Shown here piece by piece: positions 35,350 through 43,793 of a stretch of DNA of 45,498 nucleotides. Every line of letters begins with the position of its first letter. The stretch's first letter is position 1. The stretch lies in IMG/VR virus record IMGVR_UViG_3300037834_000022, positions 1 through 45,498 of that record, one strand, 5' to 3'. The notes under the pieces are model-generated. The model had not been told where the DNA came from. It saw only the letters and a program-made list of their open reading frames with translations, and did not search any database. Position numbers and translations under genes: made by a program. Origin of the DNA: a virus (taxonomy: Duplodnaviria; Caudoviricetes).

Positions 35350-35845
35350 CGCCTACGTTGCCGTGCTGGAACTGCCCGACCTGCAGACCGGCGAGGTGGA
35401 GCGCGAGTACCTGGTGGTGCTGCAGCAGCCCGAGGTGCACGGCATCACGCAGGGCGAGCAGGGCCCGCCCGGGCGCCAGGGCATCCCCGGCCCGGCCGGG
35501 GGCGCCGCGGTGGAGCGCCAGGCCGGCGAAACCCTCAGCGCGCTGCGCGCGGTGTACGAGCTGGACGGCCAGGTGTTCGCCCTGGATTACCGCGACGCCG
35601 AGCACATCGACCTGCTCTCCGGCATCACCCTCAGCGCCGCCGAGGTCGGCACGCCGATCAACGTGCAGAGCCTCGGCCCCCTCGATGACAGCGCCTGGAA
35701 CTGGCAGCCCGGCCCGGTGTGGCTCGGCGCCAATGGCGCGCTCACACAAACCCCGCCGGCGGACGGCTACGACGTGCTGATCGGCGCGGCGGTATCCGCC
35801 ACCCGCCTGCTGCTCAACCTGCAACCCCCCATCGACCTGGAGTAA
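35339..35845 (+). CDS. Tail protein with short collagen-like GXY stretch
   Basis: GEQGPPGRQGIPGPAGG; VWLGANGALTQTPP. Confidence 0.7.
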   Translation: MDADAYVAVLELPDLQTGEVEREYLVVLQQPEVHGITQGEQGPPGRQGIPGPAGGAAVERQAGETLSALRAVYELDGQVFALDYRDAEHIDLLSGITLSAAEVGTPINVQSLGPLDDSAWNWQPGPVWLGANGALTQTPPADGYDVLIGAAVSATRLLLNLQPPIDLE

Positions 35846-35850
35846 CCCCC

Positions 35851-36369
35851 ATGGCACAAGGTTTTCTCGCCCGCGTTGCGGGCCGCACCGTACAGATCTT
35901 CGCCACCGTTATCTCGGCCGGCGCGCCGAATGCCGGCAACATCCCCGCCCTTGGCGATGACGGCCGGCTCGACGAGAGCGTGATGCCCGTCGGCATCGGC
36001 GCCGACACCACCCAGGCGGTGGCCAGCGAGACGCTCGGCGCCGGCAAGTTCGTCAACTACCACAACGACGGCGGCGTGTTCTCCGCGCGCCTGGCCGACA
36101 ACAGCAACGGCCGCCAGGCCGACGGCTTCGTGCTCGAGGAGTTCACCGCGGCCACCACCGCCACTGTCTACCCGCTGGACGGCACCAACGCGCAGCTCAC
36201 CGGCCTGACCATCGGCAGCCGCTATTGGCTCGGCACCGCCGGCGGGGTGACCGACACGCCGCTGGACGAGACAGACGCCGGCAACGCCAACAAGGTCAGC
36301 CAGTACCTGGGCGTGGCGAAGTCGGCCACCGAGCTGGTGACCGATGACGACGGCTACGTGGTGCTGTGA
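35851..36369 (+). CDS. Tail-associated protein
   Basis: ATG after GGAG; GLTIGSRYWL, QYLGVAKS. Confidence 0.7.
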   Translation: MAQGFLARVAGRTVQIFATVISAGAPNAGNIPALGDDGRLDESVMPVGIGADTTQAVASETLGAGKFVNYHNDGGVFSARLADNSNGRQADGFVLEEFTAATTATVYPLDGTNAQLTGLTIGSRYWLGTAGGVTDTPLDETDAGNANKVSQYLGVAKSATELVTDDDGYVVL

Positions 36370-36575
36370 TGGCAGCGCGCAGGCCGATTGTCTCGGCTGG
36401 CGGGCGCCGCCGGCAGTTGCCAGCCGGCGACACCCTGCAGGGCGTGCCGGCGTACCTGCCTGCCTACCAGGCCGGCGGCGCGCTGCTGAAACTGGCCCTT
36501 AACCTCGACTACTCGCTCACGGCCTACCAGGCCGGCGGCGGGTCTCTGACCATCCAGGTGATGCTCAATGACTGA
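36369..36575 (+). CDS. Small tail protein
   Basis: Coupled; internal AYQAGG duplication. Confidence 0.6.
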   Translation: MAARRPIVSAGGRRRQLPAGDTLQGVPAYLPAYQAGGALLKLALNLDYSLTAYQAGGGSLTIQVMLND

Positions 36576-37266
36576 TGTGAAACCGTTGAAGCTGGTGGCG
36601 GCCGGCGGCGGGCTGGGGGAGTTGCGGGAGTTCGCCGATGGCGACGGCGAGTGGTGGGTGGTGGCGCCGTACTGCACGGTAGGCGGCACGGCCAACGCGC
36701 TGACCCTCAGCCTGCAGCACGGCCTGGGCAAGCCCAGCGCCTACCGCGCCGGCCAGCAGTTCCGCTTCCGGGCCAGCGCCGCCAACACTGGCGCCACGAC
36801 GATCAACGTCGCGGGTCTGGGCGCGAAAACGGCCGTGACGGTAACGGGTGCCGCGCTGCCGGCGGGGTATATCCGCACGGACGTGGACACGACGATTACC
36901 TACGATGCGGTGGGGGATCGGTTTGTGGTGGGGCGGGAGGAAGAGCGAGGGATAAATGCAAACGGCGGGTTTGTTCGCTATGCCAATGGCCGATTGAGTT
37001 GTTCTTCAAACAGAGTCGACTCTGCGCTGGCTATCTCGGTTGCGTTTGCGGGTGGATTCAGGAGTGCCGGGCTGGTGTGGACGTACCCCGCGGCCTTCGC
37101 TCAAAGCCCTGTCGCCCACTCTGCTGTCAGGGCTCTTTCCGCTTTTGGCGCGGGAACCACCGGCAATCTGACAACAGAGCTCAACTATTTCTATACGGCG
37201 GTAACGTCACAGGCCGCCGCTTCGAGAGAGGCGGCGCTATCAGCAGACGGGTGGTGGTACTTATGA
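36568..37266 (+). CDS. Tail fibre protein (pyocin-knob/gp53-like C-terminus)
   Basis: ANTGATTINVAGLG, NANGGFVRYANG, WTYPAAF, C-terminal GWW. Confidence 0.8.
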   Translation: MTDVKPLKLVAAGGGLGELREFADGDGEWWVVAPYCTVGGTANALTLSLQHGLGKPSAYRAGQQFRFRASAANTGATTINVAGLGAKTAVTVTGAALPAGYIRTDVDTTITYDAVGDRFVVGREEERGINANGGFVRYANGRLSCSSNRVDSALAISVAFAGGFRSAGLVWTYPAAFAQSPVAHSAVRALSAFGAGTTGNLTTELNYFYTAVTSQAAASREAALSADGWWYL

Positions 37267-37529
37267 ATCTGTATTTCACGCCTACATCGATGTTCGCCAG
37301 CTACTCGCTGGCTGTGGCAGGCGACTCTATCGTCATCGATGGCCAGCCCCACGCGCTCTCGGCCCTGGCGGCGCTCGGCGACCATGACCCGCGCCCGCCA
37401 TTCGTGGTGTCGGCGACCGAAAGCAGTGTGACGCTGATGTTGCCGTACTGGGGCGAGGCGTCCGACGCGGTGCTGTACCCCGAGCCGCTGCTCGATGTGC
37501 CGGATGGGCCGGTGCAGCTGCCGGCCTAG
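37263..37529 (+). CDS. Tail fibre assembly chaperone
   Basis: GDSIVIDG, LMLPY, YPEPL..DGPVQLP; ATGA coupling. Confidence 0.75.
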   Translation: MNLYFTPTSMFASYSLAVAGDSIVIDGQPHALSALAALGDHDPRPPFVVSATESSVTLMLPYWGEASDAVLYPEPLLDVPDGPVQLPA

Positions 37530-37726
37530 TATCGCTGCAACTCGCCGCGCAGGATCGACACCACGCTGGGCGCCTGGATGCTCACCCTGACCTGGCTGTC
37601 GTTCAAATCCGTGATTCGTATCGTGATGCCCTGCGTGATGAGCTGTTGCAGCTCATCCTCGGTCACGTCCGGCTCCAGGGTCAGGATCACATCCTCGCCG
37701 CGACGCCGTGTCAGTACCAGTGCCAT
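37526..37726 (-). CDS. CsrA/RsmA-family RNA-binding protein, RsmN/RsmF-type
   Basis: LVLTRRRGEDV, inserted helix EDELQQLITQG, QVRVSIQAP..VSILRGEL. Confidence 0.85.
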   Translation of the reverse strand: MALVLTRRRGEDVILTLEPDVTEDELQQLITQGITIRITDLNDSQVRVSIQAPSVVSILRGELQRY

Positions 37727-37771
37727 GCCGCCTGCCTCCCTGCAGTAGTAGTTCCCAAACCATCCTAGACC

Positions 37772-37796
37772 ATGCCCGCCGCTGTGCGGGCATTTT
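37772..37796 (+). terminator. Hairpin/terminator before endolysin
   Basis: ATGCCCGC-cgctgt-GCGGGCATTTT. Confidence 0.55.
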
Positions 37797-37812
37797 CATT
37801 TCTGGAGCACCC

Positions 37813-38352
37813 ATGACCCTACTCGAGATCCGCGAGCAGGCCATCACGCCTGCGCTGGCGCTGCTGCCGGCGAAGATGAGCCTGCGCCGCCTGCAGGTCG
37901 ACCTGCTTATGCTCACCGCGCATCTGCAGGAGGCGCCGAACCGCGAGCAGTGCCAGCTGCCCATTCGCCCCGGCAAATGCGGGCCGGCCCGCGGCATCTG
38001 GCAGTTCGAGCGCGGTGGCGGCGTGGCCGGTGTGCTGCGCCACCACGCCAGCCGCGCTGCAGCCGTGGCCGCCTGCCGCGCCCTGGGCATTGAGCCGAGC
38101 GTCGACGGTGTGTTCGCCGCGCTGCCCGGCCAGGTGGACGTGATCGACGCCGTTTTCGCCCGCCTGCTGTTCTGGACGGACCCGCTGCCGCTGCCGGCCG
38201 TGGGCGACGTCGAGGGCGCTTGGCAATGCTACCTGCGCACCTGGAACCCTGGCGCCTACTCGCGCGGCACGCCGCCGGAGCGCCGCAAGCTGCGACAGAA
38301 GTGGGGCGCAAACTACGCGCGCGTGCTGGAAGCGCTGCAGGTGGCAGCATGA
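37813..38352 (+). CDS. Endolysin (lysozyme-like)
   Basis: LQE...GPARGIWQFE, FARLLFWTDP, YLRTWNPG; upstream of spanins. Confidence 0.78.
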   Translation: MTLLEIREQAITPALALLPAKMSLRRLQVDLLMLTAHLQEAPNREQCQLPIRPGKCGPARGIWQFERGGGVAGVLRHHASRAAAVAACRALGIEPSVDGVFAALPGQVDVIDAVFARLLFWTDPLPLPAVGDVEGAWQCYLRTWNPGAYSRGTPPERRKLRQKWGANYARVLEALQVAA

Positions 38353-38819
38353 TCCCGGGCCAGTACCAGCTGGCCGCCAAAGTCGGCGGCGTGCTGCTGC
38401 TCATGGCCCTGGCCGGCGGCGCGGTGTGGTGGGGCCTGGCGCCCCGTATAGCCATCGAGGCCCAGCGCGCCGACGGCGCCGAGCGCGAGAAGGCCGAGGC
38501 CGAGGCGATGGTAGAACTGCAGGCCGGCGTACTCGCCGCCCAGCAGCAGACCCTCGGGCAGCTTGCCGAAATCGACCGGCGCATGCAGCAGCTCGGCCAG
38601 GCCGTCACCCGCAACCAGGCCGCCAGCGCGGCCGCCCTCGAGGAGCTCAAACGCCATGACCAGGCTGTTGCCGACTATCTCGCTGCTGCTGTTCCTGCTG
38701 CTCTCGGCCTGCTCTACCAGCGCCCCGAAACCACCGACCCCGCCGCCTACACCGCCCCGGCTGGAGTGCAGCCTGGTGCCGTGCCGCCTGCCGGCCAGGC
38801 CACCGCTGGTAATCAATGA
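38349..38819 (+). CDS. Inner-membrane spanin (Rz-like)
   Basis: N-terminal TM plus coiled coil. Confidence 0.82.
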   Translation: MIPGQYQLAAKVGGVLLLMALAGGAVWWGLAPRIAIEAQRADGAEREKAEAEAMVELQAGVLAAQQQTLGQLAEIDRRMQQLGQAVTRNQAASAAALEELKRHDQAVADYLAAAVPAALGLLYQRPETTDPAAYTAPAGVQPGAVPPAGQATAGNQ

Positions 38820-38925
38820 TGACTGGCGCCGCGCGCTGGACGCCACCGAGGCAGAGCTGCTGAGCTGCGCCGGGCAGGTGCTGGCGTGCATAGAGCGGCA
38901 GGAGGTGCAGCGATACGCGGAGTAG
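38656..38925 (+). CDS. Outer-membrane lipoprotein spanin (Rz1-like)
   Basis: Lipobox LSAC, Pro-rich, overlaps Rz in another frame. Confidence 0.85.
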   Translation: MTRLLPTISLLLFLLLSACSTSAPKPPTPPPTPPRLECSLVPCRLPARPPLVINDDWRRALDATEAELLSCAGQVLACIERQEVQRYAE

Positions 38926-39035
38926 AAGGGGCAGAGTGTTGGTAGGAGAGCGGCAACAAACTGTTGGCGAAGAATGAGGCGTGCCTGCAGCTGGGCGGCT
39001 ATTCTTGGCGTTCAACGTGACCAAGGAAGGCAGCC

Positions 39036-39335
39036 ATGCGACACCTCGTTCTAAAACGCCGCGCCGGAGAGCGTCTCTTTCTGCACGTAGAGCGTGATGC
39101 CGACCCCGTAAAGATCCTCGAGCAGCTGCAGGATGAAGGCATCATGCTTGAAGTGCGCGAAGTTCGAGCGGGACAAGTCAAGCTGTCAATTGAAGCCCCG
39201 AGTGATGTCGGCATTGCACGGGAAGAGCTAGGCGAGTTCGATGTTCGGGACAGCCGGGGCTATCGGCGGCAGCGTGCAATAAAGGGGGGGAGCTGTTCAG
39301 GTCGAGAATCACCCGCAGATCACGAGAAGCGATAA
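39036..39335 (+). CDS. Second CsrA/RsmA-family protein, RsmN/RsmF-type, with basic C-terminal tail
   Basis: LVLKRRAGERL, helix VKILEQLQDEG, GQVKLSIEAPSDVGIAREEL. Confidence 0.82.
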   Translation: MRHLVLKRRAGERLFLHVERDADPVKILEQLQDEGIMLEVREVRAGQVKLSIEAPSDVGIAREELGEFDVRDSRGYRRQRAIKGGSCSGRESPADHEKR

Positions 39336-39411
39336 TATCTTGCGTGCCAGCCTTTTTGTCCTTTTGATACCTTTATTGCATTTGCCAGGCTGTTTCACTC
39401 GGGAACGCTAA

Positions 39412-41664
39412 ATGAAATTCAGCTTACTACTCGCCCGCATGCTCCCCTTATTGCTGATGGTCCCCTTGGCTAATATTCGTGCCGTGGAGGCGCCGCGCGC
39501 TGTGGACCCTGCAGTGTGGGGCGCATATGCGCAGCTAGTAGGGCATCGCTTCAAGGCACCCCAAGCCGGTTGGTACGGGTTTGAGATCGTCTGGAGTAAG
39601 CCTGGAGAGGAAATTCGCGAGACCAAGTTGTGGTTTGAAACTGGCGACGTGGAGTGGACCCGGTTGGTTCGTCCTGGCGCGCAGAAGGGTGAGCTTATTG
39701 CCACCGGTACCGGCTCATACCACCGCAAGCCCAAAGACTGGAAGGGGGTCATCGAATCCGACGGTTCGGTATCTTTTGCTCTGCAAGAAGGCTTTCTTAA
39801 GGCCCCCTATCGTGTCACCGTTGTCAGCGGACAACTGAAGATCGAAGAGAGCGGCGAGCCGCCGTTTGCTTTTGTGCCCGAAGCTGCGCATACAGCCACC
39901 GATGGCGTGGCGCAGCAATCGACAGTGGCGCCAACAGCATTAATCGACACCTCACCTGCGCAATCCTTTTCGTCAGCACCTGCGGCAGGATCTGCGGCGC
40001 CTTCGGGGTACTGGGGAGTGTTGGAGCAACTGGCAGGTAAATCCTGGTTGCAGCACAATTCCGGACTGTGGCAGCTGGACTCTAAATTACTGCGTTATAG
40101 CTGGTCAGAGGACCGACGCGCGGTAACGTTGACTTCCGGGGACGGTTACACGGCAAAGAGAATTGGGGCTTTTAGGATGGATTCCACTTCTGGTCAGTTG
40201 ATTGCTGATACTCAGGATGAAGATGGAAGCCCGGTACAAGCACCAGTAAAAATTGATAGTCGTGGTGTGGTGACTGTACAACTATCCGATAAACGCCGCT
40301 CGGTTACAGGAATCGACAGCGATAGTGGCGCACTTAAGATAACTCTGGAAAAACTTACATGGGGAGGAGATTGGAAGAGTATTCAGACCGATTGGTACTT
40401 TAATGCTGATCCGGGACCCGGCTGGGGCGTGTTCGCGAAGCTGGTTGGTTATAACTGGGTACTGAATGATGCCGTCAATCTGCATTTTCGCTGGCTTCCT
40501 CAGCGAGAGCTCGTTGAGGTCGCTATCTACCACTCCTACTCGTACGAGGGCGGAATCGATTACACGCGACGTAAAAACCAACCACTACAGTTGGTGAGCC
40601 GTGGCGAAGGCTCTGAATATCACTTATTCGGGGCGCCGGTGGGGCTGACTCTGTTAGAGGGGGATACTAAAGCCACTCAGATCTCCGGCAAGAATCGCTA
40701 CCGTTTTGAGCTGCTTTCCTCGCCCGAGCGGCTGCTGATTCATTCGGAGAAATGGGTCGGTGGTGAACTGAGAAAATCTACTGGGACGTTCTACCGAGAA
40801 GACCAAAAGAAAAAGAACGAGCGCCTAGCCGGTGTCAAACGTTTCCAGGAAGCCCGTGCGGCTAGTGAACGCTCAGACCGTTGGCTTGCAGCCTCCGAAG
40901 CGCTGGGTGGTGTTTTGCAGGCGGCGAACGAGGTCGCCGCAGTACGGGTAGCCCAATCTCAAGCTGACCTTGATGCCACTTTAGATGCTTTAGCCAGGCA
41001 GGTAGCAGCCGAACGGACGAGGGGCTTGGGCCAGAAGGCCGAGGAAAGTTCCGGATATCAGTCGACGACAAGTCAGGATCGCATGCGGTTGCGGGATGGG
41101 GCCGCCTCCGAGCCAACGAGCTCGGCGAGTCATCTCACTGTCGATGCGGGGAGGGTGAGGGGGGTAGAAAATGCTGTCACCGGTAATAGCCAGGCCTTAA
41201 CGCAGCAAGTATTTGGTCGCGAACAGCAACTTGCTGAGCAGGAACGCGAAGCGCAGCAGAGAGCTCAACAGCAGATGCAGTCATTTGTGAGAAGCAGTGG
41301 AGCATCACAGCCCTTGTCTTCTACTACAGAGCCGAAGCCCGGCGCGATTCAGGACTCCGAGACTGGATCAAAAACATCTTTTATGGGCTGTGTGGTGGAT
41401 GACCATCGGGGAAAGGTCACTTACTTGTCGAACATCGCCCAGATAGTCCACCAGGGCGATCAGCAGCGATGGAACGAGGTTTTTTTCCGGCGCTTTGTCG
41501 CAGAGACCTACAATCGCGATGTTGCGGCACTCTATGGTAGATGTGCGCTCGATTGGAGTAGCTCGGCTGGTGTTGAGCGACAGCTCGAAGGAACCCGTAG
41601 GGTACAGGCTCGCAACGGTTTCACTATAGTCGAGGTCGACTGGAGCCCGAGGAAACAGCACTAA
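39412..41664 (+). CDS. Moron: 750-aa predicted exported protein with three internal repeats
   Basis: Signal-peptide-like N-terminus; three WGxxxxLxG repeats; coiled coil; AT-richer than phage core. Confidence 0.85.
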   Translation: MKFSLLLARMLPLLLMVPLANIRAVEAPRAVDPAVWGAYAQLVGHRFKAPQAGWYGFEIVWSKPGEEIRETKLWFETGDVEWTRLVRPGAQKGELIATGTGSYHRKPKDWKGVIESDGSVSFALQEGFLKAPYRVTVVSGQLKIEESGEPPFAFVPEAAHTATDGVAQQSTVAPTALIDTSPAQSFSSAPAAGSAAPSGYWGVLEQLAGKSWLQHNSGLWQLDSKLLRYSWSEDRRAVTLTSGDGYTAKRIGAFRMDSTSGQLIADTQDEDGSPVQAPVKIDSRGVVTVQLSDKRRSVTGIDSDSGALKITLEKLTWGGDWKSIQTDWYFNADPGPGWGVFAKLVGYNWVLNDAVNLHFRWLPQRELVEVAIYHSYSYEGGIDYTRRKNQPLQLVSRGEGSEYHLFGAPVGLTLLEGDTKATQISGKNRYRFELLSSPERLLIHSEKWVGGELRKSTGTFYREDQKKKNERLAGVKRFQEARAASERSDRWLAASEALGGVLQAANEVAAVRVAQSQADLDATLDALARQVAAERTRGLGQKAEESSGYQSTTSQDRMRLRDGAASEPTSSASHLTVDAGRVRGVENAVTGNSQALTQQVFGREQQLAEQEREAQQRAQQQMQSFVRSSGASQPLSSTTEPKPGAIQDSETGSKTSFMGCVVDDHRGKVTYLSNIAQIVHQGDQQRWNEVFFRRFVAETYNRDVAALYGRCALDWSSSAGVERQLEGTRRVQARNGFTIVEVDWSPRKQH

Positions 41665-41745
41665 GAAGCCACTTAGATCGGCTCTAGAGCAGAACCCCAT
41701 ACCAGAAAGCCGAGTGTAGCCCCGGCTGATCGACCGCTTGCGTAA

Positions 41746-41931
41746 GTGCTCGGGCCACTGGCTACAGAGTTGCTCTAGGCCATGGCCAAGGGCGAAGTGG
41801 ATGCACCGGCTACGGCTGCCCAGGTGATGGCGAGTCGCGGGCTTGATCGCGAGGGGGAGTGGGTAGGCTTCGAGCAGGCCGCTGCGGCATGGGCTGGGGT
41901 AGACTGCGGTCTTTCTTCCTCGCAGGGGTAG
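41746..41931 (+). pseudogene. Remnant of small phage gene (ASRGLD..GEWVGF motif)
   Basis: Frame VLGPLATELL*AMAKGEVD...MASRGLDREGEWVGFEQA has an in-frame TAG at 41776. Confidence 0.4.
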
Positions 41932-41935
41932 TGCC

Positions 41936-42202
41936 GTGCTGGTAATCCGAGTGAACGGCAAGCGGCCGATCAAGCTAGAACGCAAGCTAAGCGAGGCCGG
42001 TGGTTGGGGGCTGTGGGACTTTCACCGTGCGGAAAGCTCTTACACCCTCGGAGTGAAGACGCACCGCTTGGCGCGCATCAAACCGGCTGAGCCGGCAGCA
42101 GGTAAGCCTGTCGAGCTGTTCATCATGCGCGAAGCGTCGGCGCCGGAGGCTGAGTGGATCTCGTTCGGCGAGGGCATCGCGGCTTACGAGTCCGACAGCT
42201 GA
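41936..42202 (+). CDS. Hypothetical protein
   Basis: GTG start after AGGGG; 88 aa. Confidence 0.7.
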   Translation: MLVIRVNGKRPIKLERKLSEAGGWGLWDFHRAESSYTLGVKTHRLARIKPAEPAAGKPVELFIMREASAPEAEWISFGEGIAAYESDS

Positions 42203-42212
42203 GGCTGTGTTC

Positions 42213-42241
42213 AAAAGAAAACGGGCGCCGCAAGGGCGCCC
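42213..42241 (-). terminator. Terminator of small-peptide gene
   Basis: Minus strand GGGCGCC-cttgc-GGCGCCC-GTTTTCTTTT. Confidence 0.75.
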
Positions 42242-42245
42242 TCGG

Positions 42246-42326
42246 TTAGCTGGTCAAAAGTAACTGCACCAGCAGTTGAAGCAACCGCAGCATTTCAATC
42301 AGCAACGCAACGATCTGCGATGGCAT
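42246..42326 (-). CDS. 26-aa hydrophobic peptide, candidate DinQ-like type I toxin
   Basis: MPSQIVALLIEMLRLLQLLVQLLLTS; AGGAGG 6 nt upstream; terminator immediately after stop. Confidence 0.7.
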   Translation of the reverse strand: MPSQIVALLIEMLRLLQLLVQLLLTS

Positions 42327-42397
42327 ACACGTCCTCCTGGGTCCAACAGCGATGGCCGGATGTTGGTGAGGCGTTTTGCACGTGCTAATGTTCTCTT

Positions 42398-42510
42398 GCA
42401 AGTACGCACTAGCAATGCAAACGCATGCGGGGCTGGTAGTCCAGATTCTCCATTGCCGCTGCAGTCTAGTCAGAGCCGAGAGGGTGGCTGCCCTCTCGGC
42501 TTTTTCTTTT
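42398..42510 (+). ncRNA. Candidate antitoxin sRNA
   Basis: TTGGTG(42363)-17-TAATGT(42386) with extended TG; terminator AGCCGAGAGGGT-ggct-GCCCTCTCGGCTTTTT at 42474-42510; start inferred. Confidence 0.5.
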
Positions 42511-42994
42511 CTGCATCACCGTGAAGTCTGATGTCCTGATTGTCAGGCTTTTAATTTTTGGGTGCCTATGTCACTCGTCGGGTCGCCATTTTTAGAAAGG
42601 ATACATCGCTTTCAGATTTTGCAAACGGAAGGTCTGCCCGCCCGAGTTCACGACATCTGAACCCGCTGAATTTCCCGGCCTTCTTCCCAGCGTGCCTGCC
42701 CGTACACCCGGTGCTTTTGGTCAATGATTGCTGGCGGTGCGCCCTCGACGCCACCGCGGCTAAGCTGCGTCGGCCAGGTGCTGTTGTGAATCGAGCGGTA
42801 GGAGGCGCGGCGGGACAGGGCGGTTGGCTCGATCCGGCCAAGTAGTTCCGGGTTGTACCCGCGCCTGTGGTTACGGGGTAGGTCTTGAAGTCCTCGCGGC
42901 TGATGGCGATCAGCGTCGTCCACCTGCTTGCAGTTCGCCAAGACTCGTCGGCATTGGGGAGTGAGTGGATATCCTTTGGCTCGGGTGTTGCCTC

Positions 42995-43693
42995 TTATGA
43001 GTCTGATAGCTGAAGCTGTATAAGCTCCGGCCCATCGTTCCGCACATTCCCCACCGCCCGGTCGACCGGGTACCACTCGAAGTCCTCGGCCGGGCGGCCC
43101 TGGTGCAGCAGGATCTGCTCGGCGCGGTGCGGAGTCGTTGCGTCGTCCACCCACTCGCGGGCCAGCTCAGGGCTGAGCACCACCGGCCTGCGGTCGTGCA
43201 CGTCCACCATGCCGCCCTCGGCGTCGGCGGTGATGATCACGAAGCCGTCGCCTTCCTGGCTCTCCCCGCCGGCGGGTGGTAGCTGGCCGATGGCCGCGAA
43301 GAACAGCGGGTCGCCGCTGCGCAGCCTGATGTAGTAGGGCTGCTTGAGTTTCGGGTTGTCTTCGTCCTTCACCCATTCATACCAGCCGTCGGCCGCGACC
43401 AGCGCGCGGTGCGGCCAGATATGCCTGAAGAAGTTGCCAGTGGCGACCTTCTCGACTCGGGCATTGATCGGCGGCGGCATCTTCCCTCGCGCCCAGTGCG
43501 GCGCCCATCCCCACCTCACCTCTGCCACCACCAGATGGCCGCCTGTGCTGTGCAGCAGCTGCACTTGGGTGCTCGGCGCCACGTTGTAGCGCTGTATCGG
43601 CTCGGCCTCCCAGCCGCCGATCACATCCTGCTCGCTGTCCAGCTCGCGCAGGTAGTCGCGCATGCCCCGGTACTGGGCGAACCTTCCGCACAT
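42995..43693 (-). CDS. SOS response-associated peptidase (SRAP/YedK/HMCES family)
   Basis: MCGRF, RYNVAPS, INARVE, GWYEW, VHDRRPV. Confidence 0.93.
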   Translation of the reverse strand: MCGRFAQYRGMRDYLRELDSEQDVIGGWEAEPIQRYNVAPSTQVQLLHSTGGHLVVAEVRWGWAPHWARGKMPPPINARVEKVATGNFFRHIWPHRALVAADGWYEWVKDEDNPKLKQPYYIRLRSGDPLFFAAIGQLPPAGGESQEGDGFVIITADAEGGMVDVHDRRPVVLSPELAREWVDDATTPHRAEQILLHQGRPAEDFEWYPVDRAVGNVRNDGPELIQLQLSDS

Positions 43694-43729
43694 CCCCTCG
43701 TCCTCCTGTCGCTCGCCTTCAGCATGGCA

Positions 43730-43774
43730 TTGACGCTGTACGTGTCAATGCAAATACTGTTTGCATATACAGTA
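43730..43774 (+). promoter_or_regulatory. SOS promoter with LexA box between SRAP and umuD
   Basis: TTGACG-17-AATACT overlapped by TACTGTTTGCATATACAGTA (43755-43774). Confidence 0.85.
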
Positions 43775-43793
43775 TCAAGTTTAGGTAATAGCC

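Noticed and set aside
36462-36540. 19-nt direct repeat GCCTACCAGGCCGGCGGCG
   Set aside because: Only two copies, in frame within a small tail gene; not a CRISPR array or DGR repeat
42558-42990. Overlapping short ORFs between the type I TA locus and SRAP
   Set aside because: No convincing start or domain; possibly a decayed gene fragment but not supportable
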